Virus record (IMG/VR): IMGVR_UViG_3300029576_000011
Strand: one strand, 5' to 3'
DNA: 43,214 nucleotides
Source of the DNA: a virus
Shown piece after piece: positions 26,128-35,874 of the stretch. The notes beneath the pieces are model-generated. The model was given only the letters and a program-made list of their open reading frames with translations. It searched no databases and was not told where the DNA came from. Positions within the stretch are counted from its first letter, which is position 1. Each line of letters begins with the position of its first letter. The position numbers and the translations under genes are program-made.

Positions 26128-28318
26128 AACGTATGAGTTAATGCTGAAAATCGGCGGCAAGGTGGACGGTTCCCTGAAAACCGCCTGCAGCACCGCAGAC
26201 AAGAACCTGGCTGCGCTGGGGAAAACGGCAAAGACCGCAGGAAAGATCGCTGCCGGTGCCATGGTAGCAACCGCCACCGCTGTGGCGACCCTGGGAACCG
26301 CTGCGGTGAAATCCGCGGCGGAGTATGAGGCCCAGCTGGCCAACGTTTCCACGCTGCTGACCGGCACGGAGGCAGAGGTGGCCGCACGAACGGCGGAAAT
26401 CGGGGATCAGGTTCTGGAAATCTCCAACCGCACGGGCGTGGCCACGGCTGACCTGACGGACGGAATGTATCAGGTGGTTTCCGCTTTCGGTGACAGCGCA
26501 GACGCCGCGGCCATTCTGGAAACCGCGGCAAAATCCGCGGCGGCGGGAAACGCGACCACGACGGACAGTATCAACCTACTTTCTGCCGTAACCAAGGGTT
26601 ACGGCGATACCTCCGCGGAGGCGGTGCAGCAGGCGGCGGATCTGGCATTTGCCACCGTAAGACTGGGCCAGACCTCTTTCCCGGAACTGGCCGCAGGCAT
26701 GGGCAAGGTCATTCCCCTGGCCAGTACCCTGGGGCTGGAGCAAGAACAGCTATGGGGCGCCATGGCCACGCTGACCGGCGTTACAGGTTCCACGGCGGAA
26801 GTGGTTACGCAGATGAAAGCCACAATGCAGGCGTTCCTCTCCCCGTCCAAGAATATGCAGGCCGCCCTTAAAAACATGGGCTATGAAAGCGGCCAGGCGC
26901 TGCTTGAAAGCAAGGGCCTGCAGGGATCTCTGGACGCCCTAAAGGACGCTGTGGGAGGCAACGAACTGGCGTTTGCTGGCCTGTTCTCCTATGTGGAGGC
27001 ACAAACCGCGGTGCTGGCTATGGCAGGCAACCAGGCCGAAAACCTGACCAGCAAGACGGCGGAAATGTACGAAGCCACCGGCGCGGCAAATACCGCCTTT
27101 GAGCGGCAGACCAACACCCTGGCATACGACATTCAGATGGTTAAAAACCTGGGCGCCAATTTCTTGACGCAGCTGGGCACCAACATTCTGCCGTATGTGC
27201 GGGAGTTCGCGGAGGCGGCCCTGCCGGTGGTTTCGGAGGCGCTGGAGAAGATCGGCAGCTACATGACCGGAACCATCATTCCGGCGGCGGAAACCGCGGT
27301 GAAATGGATTTCGGAACACCGCACCCTGATCCTGGCGCTGGCGGCGGGTATTGCCACCGCTGTGGCGGCCTACAAGGCGTATAAAGTGGCGATCACCGCC
27401 TACAACGCAGTTATGGCCGTGTATAAAGTGGTCACCGCAGCAAGCGCCACGGGCACCTTTACCCTGGCGGGCGCCATGACGGCGCTAAATCTTCCCGTGC
27501 TGGCAGTTGTGGCCGCCATCGGCCTGGCTGTGGCGGCGGGGATCCTGATTTATAAGAACTGGGACAAGATCAAGGCCAAGGCCGTGGAACTGGGCGCGAA
27601 GATCTCCGAGGTATGGGGAAACATCAAGACCGGCGTTTCCGAGGCCGTGGCGAACCTGGTTTCTGCGTTCCAGTCTAATTTCCCCCTGCTGTCCGCTTAT
27701 TTGAGCGGGTGGTGGAAAAGTGTTTCGGCGGCCTGGGAAAACGTCAAGGCCATTTTTGCCAATATCATTGACTTTGTGCAGAACGTATTTGCGGGCAACT
27801 GGAGCGCCGCCTGGGACAATATCGTGGCCATTTTCGGAAACGTGTTTGGCATGATCGTGAACCTGGCGAAAGCCCCCATAAACGGGGTTATTTCCGCAAT
27901 CAACTGGGTGCTGGAGAAGATCAACAGCATTTCCGTGACGATCCCGGACTGGGTTCCGGGCGTCGGCGGGAAAACCCTGGGCTTTAACATTCCGACGATC
28001 CCCGCCCTGGCTGCCGGTGGTATTGCCACGGCGCCCACGCTGGCGCAGATCGGTGAGGGCGGAGAGCCGGAGGCGGTGCTGCCGCTGTCCAAGCTGGCGG
28101 CCCTCCTGGACGAATGGACGAAGCCGAAGCCGACACCGGGCGGCGGAACGGGCGGCGGCGGTGAAACCGTCGTTTTCTCCCCGGTATTCAATTTCTACGG
28201 CGGGACGCCGAGCCGCGAGGAGGCCGAGGAGGCCGGGCGGATCAGTTTCGCGGAGTTCAAGAAACTGTATAGGCAGATGAAAGCCGAGGAGAAGCGCAAG
28301 CAATTCAGCCCGGCATAA
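26111..28318 (+). CDS. tail tape measure protein
   Basis: 735 aa, Ala-rich helical, with central TM-like segments; canonical position after the chaperone pair. Confidence 0.85.
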   Translation: MAGKNKTYELMLKIGGKVDGSLKTACSTADKNLAALGKTAKTAGKIAAGAMVATATAVATLGTAAVKSAAEYEAQLANVSTLLTGTEAEVAARTAEIGDQVLEISNRTGVATADLTDGMYQVVSAFGDSADAAAILETAAKSAAAGNATTTDSINLLSAVTKGYGDTSAEAVQQAADLAFATVRLGQTSFPELAAGMGKVIPLASTLGLEQEQLWGAMATLTGVTGSTAEVVTQMKATMQAFLSPSKNMQAALKNMGYESGQALLESKGLQGSLDALKDAVGGNELAFAGLFSYVEAQTAVLAMAGNQAENLTSKTAEMYEATGAANTAFERQTNTLAYDIQMVKNLGANFLTQLGTNILPYVREFAEAALPVVSEALEKIGSYMTGTIIPAAETAVKWISEHRTLILALAAGIATAVAAYKAYKVAITAYNAVMAVYKVVTAASATGTFTLAGAMTALNLPVLAVVAAIGLAVAAGILIYKNWDKIKAKAVELGAKISEVWGNIKTGVSEAVANLVSAFQSNFPLLSAYLSGWWKSVSAAWENVKAIFANIIDFVQNVFAGNWSAAWDNIVAIFGNVFGMIVNLAKAPINGVISAINWVLEKINSISVTIPDWVPGVGGKTLGFNIPTIPALAAGGIATAPTLAQIGEGGEPEAVLPLSKLAALLDEWTKPKPTPGGGTGGGGETVVFSPVFNFYGGTPSREEAEEAGRISFAEFKKLYRQMKAEEKRKQFSPA

Positions 28319-28333
28319 GAGGAGGACCACACC

Positions 28334-28546
28334 ATGGAAAGCACCTACACCACCAAGCAGGGGGACGTATGGGACAAAATCGCATATGAGGTGTACGGCG
28401 ACGAAGAATACACCGGCTGGCTGATGGAAAACAATTTCCCGCTGCTGGACACGTTCGTGTTTGACGCCGGGGTGGTCCTCCAGACCCCGGCACCGCCGGA
28501 GCAGACCGCGGCCAATGACCTGCCGATCTGGAGGAGCAAGGTATGA
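28334..28546 (+). CDS. tail protein X (LysM-like, P2 gpX family)
   Basis: 70 aa; YTTKQGDVWDKIAYEVYGDE is a LysM-like motif; position after the tape measure gene. Confidence 0.65.
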   Translation: MESTYTTKQGDVWDKIAYEVYGDEEYTGWLMENNFPLLDTFVFDAGVVLQTPAPPEQTAANDLPIWRSKV

Positions 28547-29541
28547 ATACACGGCGGGCGTATGTAGACCTGATTTACAACGGAACCGCAGCCACGGCGG
28601 AAATTTCCGGTTTCGTGACGGATATTTCATACACGGATCCGGCCAGCGGAGAGGCGGACAGCCTGGACATTACGCTGCAAGACCGGGATCGCCGGTGGAC
28701 GGGGGCGTGGATCCCCGTCGCCGGTGACACCCTGGCCGCGACGATCCGGGCGCTGAACTGCCAGTATTCCGGGGACAACCGGATCCTGCCGTGCGGTTTC
28801 TTTATCGTGGACAGTTTCAGCTTTTCCGGCTGGCCGGTTTCCGGGAGCATTTCCGCGATCTCCACGCCGCTGGACAGCAGTTTCACCACCACCCAGCGGA
28901 CAAAGACCTGGGAAAACGTGACCATAAAAGAGATCGGAACCGAGATCGCAGGCCGCGCCGGGATCGCGCTGGCCTGGGACGTGGAGGGCGACCCGTTCAC
29001 GATCAAAAGCGTGGAGCAATCGGAACAAACCGACTGTGAATTTTACATGAACCTGTGCAACACCTACGGGCTGGCCATGAAAGTCTACGCCCAAAAGATC
29101 GTGGTGTATGACCGGGAGGCATACAAGAAAAAGGGCGCGGCGGCGGTGCTGTCCCCGTCCAGTATGAAATCCTGGTCATGGCAGCAGGATCAGGCCGGCA
29201 CCTACACCGGCGGAGAGTTCACATACACCAGCCCGGCCACGGAAAAGGAAATCAAGGTGACCGTGGGCAAGGGCAGCCGGATCCTAAAGCAGAGCGGCAA
29301 GGCCGACAGCAAGGCCGACGCGGAACGGAAGATCAAGGCGGCGGTGGCCAAGGCAAACCACGGCAAGACAAAACTTTCCGCCACCATTGTGGGAAACGCC
29401 TCTCTGGTGGCCTCCCAATGCGTCCAGGTGGTGGGCCTGGGGAAACTGTCCGGCAAGTATTACATTGACACCATTACCCACAACGTCAGCGGATCCGGCG
29501 GCTACACCATGGACCTGGAAATGTCGCTGGTGGAGGAATGA
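28543..29541 (+). CDS. late control gene D-like tail/baseplate hub protein (P2 gpD family)
   Basis: 332 aa; the C-terminal YYIDTITHNVSGSGGYTMDLEM is typical of gpD-like proteins. Confidence 0.75.
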   Translation: MNTRRAYVDLIYNGTAATAEISGFVTDISYTDPASGEADSLDITLQDRDRRWTGAWIPVAGDTLAATIRALNCQYSGDNRILPCGFFIVDSFSFSGWPVSGSISAISTPLDSSFTTTQRTKTWENVTIKEIGTEIAGRAGIALAWDVEGDPFTIKSVEQSEQTDCEFYMNLCNTYGLAMKVYAQKIVVYDREAYKKKGAAAVLSPSSMKSWSWQQDQAGTYTGGEFTYTSPATEKEIKVTVGKGSRILKQSGKADSKADAERKIKAAVAKANHGKTKLSATIVGNASLVASQCVQVVGLGKLSGKYYIDTITHNVSGSGGYTMDLEMSLVEE

Positions 29542-29556
29542 CGCGAGGAGGAACGC

Positions 29557-30000
29557 ATGGAAAACAATATCCGGCTGGGTAAGATTTCAGCCATTGATTA
29601 CGCCGCGGGCACGGTCCGCGTGGTGTACCACGAAAAGGACGACGCCGTGACCGCCCCCATTCCCCTGATTTCATCGGAGTATTTCATGCCGGAGGTGGAC
29701 GACATGGTTATGGTGCTTCACCTATCCAACGGCACGGAGGCGGGCGTGGTCCTGGGACGACCGTGGAGCGAAAAGAACAAGCCCCCGGAGGGTTCCAAAG
29801 GGCTTTACCGCAAAGACCTGGCCCGTTCGCCGGGTGAGGCCATGATCCGCTATAAGGACGGCACCATGACCATCAAGGCCGCCAAGCTGGTGATTGACGG
29901 AACCGTGACCGTCAGCGGCGACGTGACCGCCGGCGGGGTTTCCCTGGACAACCACACCCACACGGACAGCATGGGCGGCGGAACCTCCGGGCCATCGTAA
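29557..30000 (+). CDS. baseplate spike / assembly protein V (Mu gp45-like)
   Basis: 147 aa; OB-fold-like N-terminus; C-terminal VSLDNHTHTDSMGGGTSGP motif. Confidence 0.7.
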   Translation: MENNIRLGKISAIDYAAGTVRVVYHEKDDAVTAPIPLISSEYFMPEVDDMVMVLHLSNGTEAGVVLGRPWSEKNKPPEGSKGLYRKDLARSPGEAMIRYKDGTMTIKAAKLVIDGTVTVSGDVTAGGVSLDNHTHTDSMGGGTSGPS

Positions 30001-30015
30001 GGAGGCGATTTACAC

Positions 30016-30408
30016 ATGATCGGAACGCTGGGGCGCAAAATCATTTTTGAGGTGAGCGACAACAGGGTTTTGACCTTTGAGAGCATGAGCCGCGAGGTTT
30101 CCGGGCGCTGGACCGAACACGAAGTTTTAGGTGTGAAGCCGAAAGCGGAGTTTTTAGGGCCTGGCCTCCAGACCATAAGCCTGACCATTCACCTGTCCGC
30201 TGCCCTGGGCGTGAAGCCGCGGCGGATCCTGGACATGGTGGAGCGCATGGTGGAAAGAGGTTCGGCGGAGTACCTGGTGATCGGCGGCAGACTGGTGGGC
30301 CGCCGTCCGTTCCGCGTTACAGGATCGAGTGAAGCCTGGGACAAGGTTTACAGCCGCGGAGAATTGGCCAAGGCTACCCTGACCATTTCACTGGAGGAAT
30401 ACGCATGA
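30016..30408 (+). CDS. P2 gpU-like tail protein
   Basis: 130 aa; the FEV...SREVSGRWTEHEVLGVKPKAEFLGPGLQTISL pattern resembles GpU. Confidence 0.55.
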   Translation: MIGTLGRKIIFEVSDNRVLTFESMSREVSGRWTEHEVLGVKPKAEFLGPGLQTISLTIHLSAALGVKPRRILDMVERMVERGSAEYLVIGGRLVGRRPFRVTGSSEAWDKVYSRGELAKATLTISLEEYA

Positions 30409-30710
30409 ACGAAAACGACCTTTTCAATTTCCAACTGGAATATACGTTCACGGCGGACTGGCTGGCAGAACTGGATCGGCAGCTGGCCCTCCTGCTGTCC
30501 ACACGGGAGGGAACCATGCCGTTGGATCGGGCTTTCGGCCTGAACATGGATTTTGTGGATATGCCGCCAGAGGCCGCAAAGAGCCTTTACACGGCGGAGG
30601 TCACCGAAAAGGTGTCCAAATTCATACCGGAGGTGCGGGTGCAGGAAGTGACCTGGACCGGCGGCAACACCGGAAAACTTTTTCCCAAGGTGGTGATAAC
30701 AAGTGCCTGA
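30405..30710 (+). CDS. baseplate wedge protein (GPW/gp25-like)
   Basis: 101 aa; LLSTREGTMPLDRAFG resembles gp25-family motifs; ATGA overlap. Confidence 0.65.
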   Translation: MNENDLFNFQLEYTFTADWLAELDRQLALLLSTREGTMPLDRAFGLNMDFVDMPPEAAKSLYTAEVTEKVSKFIPEVRVQEVTWTGGNTGKLFPKVVITSA

Positions 30711-31857
30711 TATTTCCGCAATTCAGAACACCCCGGACGTGTCTTTCATCGACAACAAGACCATTGACGACGTGCGCGGGGATATGGTGGCAGACTTTGA
30801 GGCGTTCATGCTCCAAGCGACGGGCAGCAAGGTGTCCCTGGGCCGCGCCTCTGTCCACCGCATGATCCTGTATTCGGCGGCGGCGCAGATTTACCAAGCC
30901 ATGCAGTACGTTGACCGAGCGGGCAAGCAAAGCCTTTTGAAATACTCCTATTCGGAGTTCCTGGACAATCTGGCGCTGCTGAAAGGCGTTACCAGAGAAC
31001 CGGCCAAGGCGGCCACGACCACGATCCGCTTTACCGCGTCGGCCACCAGGACGCTGGCCACACCGATCCCGGCGGGCACCAGGGTTTCCTCCAGCGGTTC
31101 CATTTATTTCAGCACGATGGAGTACGCGGAGATCCCGGCGGGCAGCCTGACGGTGGACGTGCTGGCGGAGTGTACCGCAACAGGCAACGCGGGCAACGGA
31201 CTGGCGCCTGGCGAGGTGTCCACCATCGTGGATCCCGTTCCCTACATTACCAGCGCCGTGAACCAGAACACCACGGAGGGCGGCGCAGACGTGGAGAACG
31301 ACGAAAGCCTGGCGGAGCGGGTTTACCTGGCCCCTGGTGCCTATTCTACGGCAGGCCCGGAGGACGGATACCTGTACCACGCCAAGAAGTACAACGCCGC
31401 CATTGGTGACGTGGTGGCTACCAGCGACCACGAAGCGGGCCAGGTGGATATTGTTTTCATCATGGCCGACGGTTCCAAGCCGGGCGCGGCCATGATCTCC
31501 GGCCTGCAGGCGTACCTCTCCGGCAAGACGATCCGCCCCATGACGGACAAGCTGACCGTGAAAGCCCCGGAGGAGGTCACATACAGCATTAACCTGACGT
31601 ATTACATCAACCGCAGCGACAGCGCCAGAGCGGTGGCAATCCAGGCAGCGGTGGCCCAGGCCGTGGAGGAATATAAAACCTGGCAACGCACCATAGGCCG
31701 CGACGTGAACCCGTCGCAACTGGCCGCCATGGTCATGGAGGCAGGCGCCAAGCGTGTCACCGTGACCGCGCCGACGTTCGCGGCGGTGGCCGCCACCAAG
31801 GTGGCAGCATTGACCGGATCGGCCACCGTGACGTATGGAGGGCTGGAAGATGATTAA
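30703..31857 (+). CDS. baseplate J-like protein
   Basis: 384 aa; position and size match gpJ; GTG start overlaps the upstream gene. Confidence 0.8.
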   Translation: MPDISAIQNTPDVSFIDNKTIDDVRGDMVADFEAFMLQATGSKVSLGRASVHRMILYSAAAQIYQAMQYVDRAGKQSLLKYSYSEFLDNLALLKGVTREPAKAATTTIRFTASATRTLATPIPAGTRVSSSGSIYFSTMEYAEIPAGSLTVDVLAECTATGNAGNGLAPGEVSTIVDPVPYITSAVNQNTTEGGADVENDESLAERVYLAPGAYSTAGPEDGYLYHAKKYNAAIGDVVATSDHEAGQVDIVFIMADGSKPGAAMISGLQAYLSGKTIRPMTDKLTVKAPEEVTYSINLTYYINRSDSARAVAIQAAVAQAVEEYKTWQRTIGRDVNPSQLAAMVMEAGAKRVTVTAPTFAAVAATKVAALTGSATVTYGGLEDD

Positions 31858-32419
31858 ACTTTCCGGCAGCCGCTTCACGGACATTATGCCGGAGAACCTG
31901 GCAGAGCAGACGGAGATCCAGGCGCTTGCCTACGCCGTGGGCAGGCAGGTGGAGAAGCTGCTGGCCTATGCCGACGGCGCCCGCACCTATGCGGCGATCT
32001 ATGCTGTGCCGGAAAAGGTGCTGGATCTGCTGGCCGTGGAACTGCGTACCCCGTCCTATGACGAAAACTTTTCCATTAAGGTCAAGCGAACCCTGATCGC
32101 GGAAAGCCTGCTGTTTTACGCACAGATGGGCACCCCGGCAGCGGTGAACCGGATTATTGAAACCATTTTCCAGGCCGGTCATATCAGCGAGTGGTGGGAA
32201 TACGGCGGGAAACCCTATCACTTCAAGGCATACACCACGAACCCGGCTATTACGTCGGACGACGTGGAGGAGTTCAAGCGGGTGCTGGGCACCGTAAAGC
32301 GCCTTTCTGCCTGGCTGGACGAAATCGTGTTGGATCTGTCCACACCTCCGGCGGAGGTATTCGTGGGACATTGGATCCACACGGGCGATTTTATCACCCT
32401 GCAAAGGGCGACTATGTAA
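31850..32419 (+). CDS. tail protein I (P2 gpI family)
   Basis: 189 aa following gpJ; ATG 31850 lies 7 nt after GGAGGG. Confidence 0.7.
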   Translation: MIKLSGSRFTDIMPENLAEQTEIQALAYAVGRQVEKLLAYADGARTYAAIYAVPEKVLDLLAVELRTPSYDENFSIKVKRTLIAESLLFYAQMGTPAAVNRIIETIFQAGHISEWWEYGGKPYHFKAYTTNPAITSDDVEEFKRVLGTVKRLSAWLDEIVLDLSTPPAEVFVGHWIHTGDFITLQRATM

Positions 32420-32435
32420 CAGGAGGTTATCAGCC

Positions 32436-35144
32436 ATGTTTCAGGCCCCGAAACTGACAGACGCCGGCAAAAACCTGTATTACAGGAATATGGCCGGTGA
32501 GGGGATCAAATTCACAACCATTCAGCTGGGTAACGGCACAATCAGCGGCCCGATCTCCGCTATGACGGCCCTTGTCAGCGCCGTGGTGACTATTGACGCC
32601 GCGGTGAAGAACAACGCGGAGCAGTACGCCGACGTGTCCGGCCATTTCTCCAACGCAGAACTGGAGGAGGGTTTTTACTGGCGCGAGATCGGCGTGTTTG
32701 CGGCGGATCCCGATTACCCCAATGACCGCAGCCACGACATTCTTTACTGCTACCAAAACGCCTATGACACGGCGGACTTTATCCCCGTGGCGTCGGTGGA
32801 AACGGTGGAAAAAAACATTACTGTGCCCATTATCGTGGGCGACGCCTCCACGGTGTCCTGCACCCTGTCCAGTTCGCAGGTGCTGGTGTCGGAGGCGGAC
32901 CTGGAGGCGCACGACAAGGACGCGAACGCCCATAATGCCCTGTTTGAGAAGATCAACAAAGAACTGGAAAAGAAACAGGACACGATCACCGCCAAGGGCA
33001 TTTTGAAAGGCGGCCAGGACGCAAAGGGAAACCACACCGTGACCAAGGCCACGCCGGGCGTGGACTACCAGCAGCCCACCCAAGTGCTGACGGAAAGCAA
33101 CGCCATGGCCCTGACGGACACGGTTCCGTTTTTCTCCGGTGCTGACGGGCAAAACCGTAAGGTCACGCTGAAAAAGCTAAAGGAGGCCCTGGGCGTCCAG
33201 TCTGCCAGTATCAACGTGACGACCTGCGCCGGCGCGGCGGTGGTTTGCACGGACGGAGAAACCACCCTGAACGGCGTGGGTTCCACCAAGTTCTCCCTGC
33301 CGGAGAACACCGGCACCTGGGAGGTAACCGCCACCCTGAACGGCCACACGGCCAGCGCCGTGGTGGAGGTCACCGGCGCCATGCAGTACAACGTGGATCT
33401 GGTGATTACCTCCAGCGTGGCAGTTACCCACGCACCCACGAAAACCACCTACAACGTGGGGGAAACATTCGACCCCACCGGCCTGGTGGTCACCGCCACC
33501 TATGCCGACGGCACCACGGAGGACGTAACCGACGGCTGCACGTTCAGCCCCACCGTTATGGCAGCCAGCACCACGGCGGTGACGATCAAATACCAGCGGG
33601 CGGGCGTGACGGTCACGACCACCCAGGCGGTCACGGTCCTGGAAATGTCCAGCATTTCCGTGAAAACCGCACCCAACAAAACCGCGTATTACATCGGTGA
33701 GAGTTTCGACGCCACCGGAATGGTGATTGAGGCCACCATGTCCAACGGCACCAAAAAGACCGTGACGGGCTGGACGTACACCCCCAGCGGCGCCCTTTCC
33801 AAGACGGACACGGCGGTGACGATCTCCTACACGGAAAACGGCGTCACAAAGACCTGCACCCAGGCGATCACGATCCGCACCCTGTCCAGCATTTCCGTGA
33901 CGACGGCACCAACGAAAACCGCCTACAAGTACGGGGAGAAGTTCAGCAGCGCCGGAATGGTGATTACCGCCAAATATTCGGACAACGCCACCCGCGTGGT
34001 GACCGGCTGGACCTATTCACCCACCGGCGCCCTGGGAATGTCCAATACCACGATCACGATTACCTACGCAGAGGGCGGCGTGAGTAAGACCTGCACCCAG
34101 GCCATTACCGTGAGCAACTACCTTTCCAGTATCGCGGTGACACACGCACCCACGAAAACCTCCTATTTCACCGGCGAAACGTTCAACAGCGCGGGAATGG
34201 TGGTCACCGCTACCATGGCGGACGGCAGCAAAAAGACCGTCACCGGCTACACCTGCAGCCCCACCACCATGGCAGCCAACACCACGGCGGTCACTGTCAG
34301 CTATTCCGAGGGCGGCGTGACCAAGACGACCACCACCCCGGTGACGGTCACCAGCATTTCCAACACGCTGGCCTCCAACAGCTGGGCAACGATCCGCGCC
34401 GTGTCCGACGCCGGAAAAGGGTCCAATTACTGGAGCGTGGGCGACGCCAAGGGGATCACGATCAACGGCAAGGTGGGCGCCACGACGTTCTCCAATCTGG
34501 CCATTTCCGTGTTTATCCTGGGTTTCAACCACAACGCCAGCCGTGAGGGCAGCAACCGGATCCATTTCCAGATCGGTAAGATCAACGGCACCCTGGTGGG
34601 CCTGGTAGACGGCAATTACGGAAACAGTACCAGCACCACCGGCGCCTTTACCATGAACACGTCATACACGAACAGCGGCGGGTGGAATAACAGCCACATG
34701 AGAAAGACCGTGCTGGGCAGCAACAGCACCAGCGCCACCAGCCCCGCGGCCAACACCCTGCTGGCAGCCCTGCCGGCGGATCTCCGGGCGGTTATGAAGC
34801 CGGCCACCAAGTACAGCGACAACACCGGCGGCGGAAGTGACACCGCCAGCTATGTCACCAGCACCACGGATCTGCTGCCGCTGCTTTCGGAGTTTGAATA
34901 CCACGGGGCCAGAACCTACGCCAACAGCGCGGAGAAGAATTACCAGGCCCAGTATGACTATTACAAGGCTGGAAACAGCAGGGTGCATTATAAGCACAAC
35001 GCCACCGGCACGGCGGCCGGTGCGTGGTGCCGTTCCGTCAATTCGGGCGACTACGACTATTTCTGCCTTGTCAACACCGACGGCGGCGCCAGCTATGGCG
35101 GCGCCATCGGTTCCTGGGCGCTGGCCCCCTGCTTTTTTGTCTAA
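32436..35144 (+). CDS. tail fibre / receptor-binding protein; DGR variable (target) protein
   Basis: 902 aa; tail-collar-type N-terminus (KLTDAGKNLYY...IQLGNGT), four Ig-like repeats; the C-terminal domain ends in the VR (AWCRSVNSGDYDYFCLVNTDGGASYGGAIGSWALAPCFFV). Confidence 0.85.
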   Translation: MFQAPKLTDAGKNLYYRNMAGEGIKFTTIQLGNGTISGPISAMTALVSAVVTIDAAVKNNAEQYADVSGHFSNAELEEGFYWREIGVFAADPDYPNDRSHDILYCYQNAYDTADFIPVASVETVEKNITVPIIVGDASTVSCTLSSSQVLVSEADLEAHDKDANAHNALFEKINKELEKKQDTITAKGILKGGQDAKGNHTVTKATPGVDYQQPTQVLTESNAMALTDTVPFFSGADGQNRKVTLKKLKEALGVQSASINVTTCAGAAVVCTDGETTLNGVGSTKFSLPENTGTWEVTATLNGHTASAVVEVTGAMQYNVDLVITSSVAVTHAPTKTTYNVGETFDPTGLVVTATYADGTTEDVTDGCTFSPTVMAASTTAVTIKYQRAGVTVTTTQAVTVLEMSSISVKTAPNKTAYYIGESFDATGMVIEATMSNGTKKTVTGWTYTPSGALSKTDTAVTISYTENGVTKTCTQAITIRTLSSISVTTAPTKTAYKYGEKFSSAGMVITAKYSDNATRVVTGWTYSPTGALGMSNTTITITYAEGGVSKTCTQAITVSNYLSSIAVTHAPTKTSYFTGETFNSAGMVVTATMADGSKKTVTGYTCSPTTMAANTTAVTVSYSEGGVTKTTTTPVTVTSISNTLASNSWATIRAVSDAGKGSNYWSVGDAKGITINGKVGATTFSNLAISVFILGFNHNASREGSNRIHFQIGKINGTLVGLVDGNYGNSTSTTGAFTMNTSYTNSGGWNNSHMRKTVLGSNSTSATSPAANTLLAALPADLRAVMKPATKYSDNTGGGSDTASYVTSTTDLLPLLSEFEYHGARTYANSAEKNYQAQYDYYKAGNSRVHYKHNATGTAAGAWCRSVNSGDYDYFCLVNTDGGASYGGAIGSWALAPCFFV
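33411..34349 (+). repeat. four tandem ~79-80-aa Ig-like repeats (237-240-bp period) within the fibre gene
   Basis: Repeat units start at 33411, 33648, 33885 and 34125. Consensus: SSI(S/A)VT.APTKT.Y..GE.F...GMVV.AT..DG..K.VTG.T.SP......TAVT..Y.E.GVTK. Confidence 0.8.
35010..35136 (+). repeat. DGR variable repeat (VR)
   Basis: Gap-free alignment to 35748-35874 (offset 738). There are 16 mismatches within 35010-35131, all where the TR has A. Confidence 0.9.
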
Positions 35145-35167
35145 TCGCCGCAGCATATCCGGCAAAA

Positions 35168-35191
35168 TCCCGCCCACGGAAGTGGGCGGGA
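35168..35191 (+). promoter_or_regulatory. GC-rich hairpin 3' of the VR (candidate DGR target-recognition stem-loop)
   Basis: TCCCGCCCAC-GGAA-GTGGGCGGGA: 10-bp perfect stem, 4-nt loop, 36 nt after the last VR/TR-identical base. There is no equivalent after the TR. Confidence 0.6.
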
Positions 35192-35228
35192 AACCCGGAC
35201 AGAGAAAGAAAACCCGTGAGGTGAAAGA

Positions 35229-35687
35229 ATGTCAGTTCTGAAAGAAAAGCGGACCGTGAGCAAAGCGGAGTATGTGAACACCGCAAACCAGATTTATGTG
35301 GAAACGGTGGGCTTTTTGACGCGGCTTTCCGCCCGTTATTCCCGGCTGATTGCAGAGGGCACCGCGCAGCTGGCCGGTGAGGTCATGGACCACACCGAAA
35401 AGGCCAACAAAATATACCCGTCGGACGAACAGCGCAAAGCCCAGCGCAAGGCGCATTTGCTGGAGGCGCTGGCCTCCCTCTCTGCGCTGGACGTGCGCCT
35501 GACCCATGCCTATCTGGTTATGTACCAGAACCCGCAAGGGTGCTTTACGGCGCCAAGCGGAAAAACGGTCCCACCCAAGGAGGCCATGGACAAGCTGGAC
35601 CGCATGGCGCAGAGCCTGGGCGAACTGATAGACCGGGAGGACACCCTGCTGCGGAATATCCTGGAGAGCGACAGGAAGCGGAAATAA
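35229..35687 (+). CDS. avd: Avd-like accessory variability determinant (four-helix-bundle protein)
   Basis: 152-aa basic helical protein between VR and TR; ANQIYVETVGFL...EKANKIYPSDEQRKAQRKAHLLEALASLSALD resembles the four-helix-bundle (23S rRNA IVS protein) family. Confidence 0.6.
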   Translation: MSVLKEKRTVSKAEYVNTANQIYVETVGFLTRLSARYSRLIAEGTAQLAGEVMDHTEKANKIYPSDEQRKAQRKAHLLEALASLSALDVRLTHAYLVMYQNPQGCFTAPSGKTVPPKEAMDKLDRMAQSLGELIDREDTLLRNILESDRKRK

Positions 35688-35747
35688 GTCATTTTTATGG
35701 GTGTATCTTTGAAAACGCGCCGGGAGGCAGGGCGGCTTTTCCCTCTG

Positions 35748-35874
35748 ACGGCGGCCAATGCGTGGTGCCGTTCCGTCAATTCGGGCAACAACAACAATTT
35801 CTGCCTTGTCAACACCGACGGCAGCGCCAACAATAACAACGCCAACAATTCCTGGGCGCTGGCCCCCTGATTTT
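35748..35874 (+). repeat. DGR template repeat (TR)
   Basis: Non-coding copy of the VR, rich in AAC/AAT (AACAACAACAAT; AACAATAACAAC; AACAAT). I count 30 A in the 122-nt core. Confidence 0.9.

Noticed and set aside
35024-35224. ORFs 35024-35224 and 35540-35836 with similar peptides (VPFRQFG...FLPCQHRR)
   Set aside because: They are out-of-frame translations of the DGR VR and TR. Their similarity simply reflects the VR/TR repeat.
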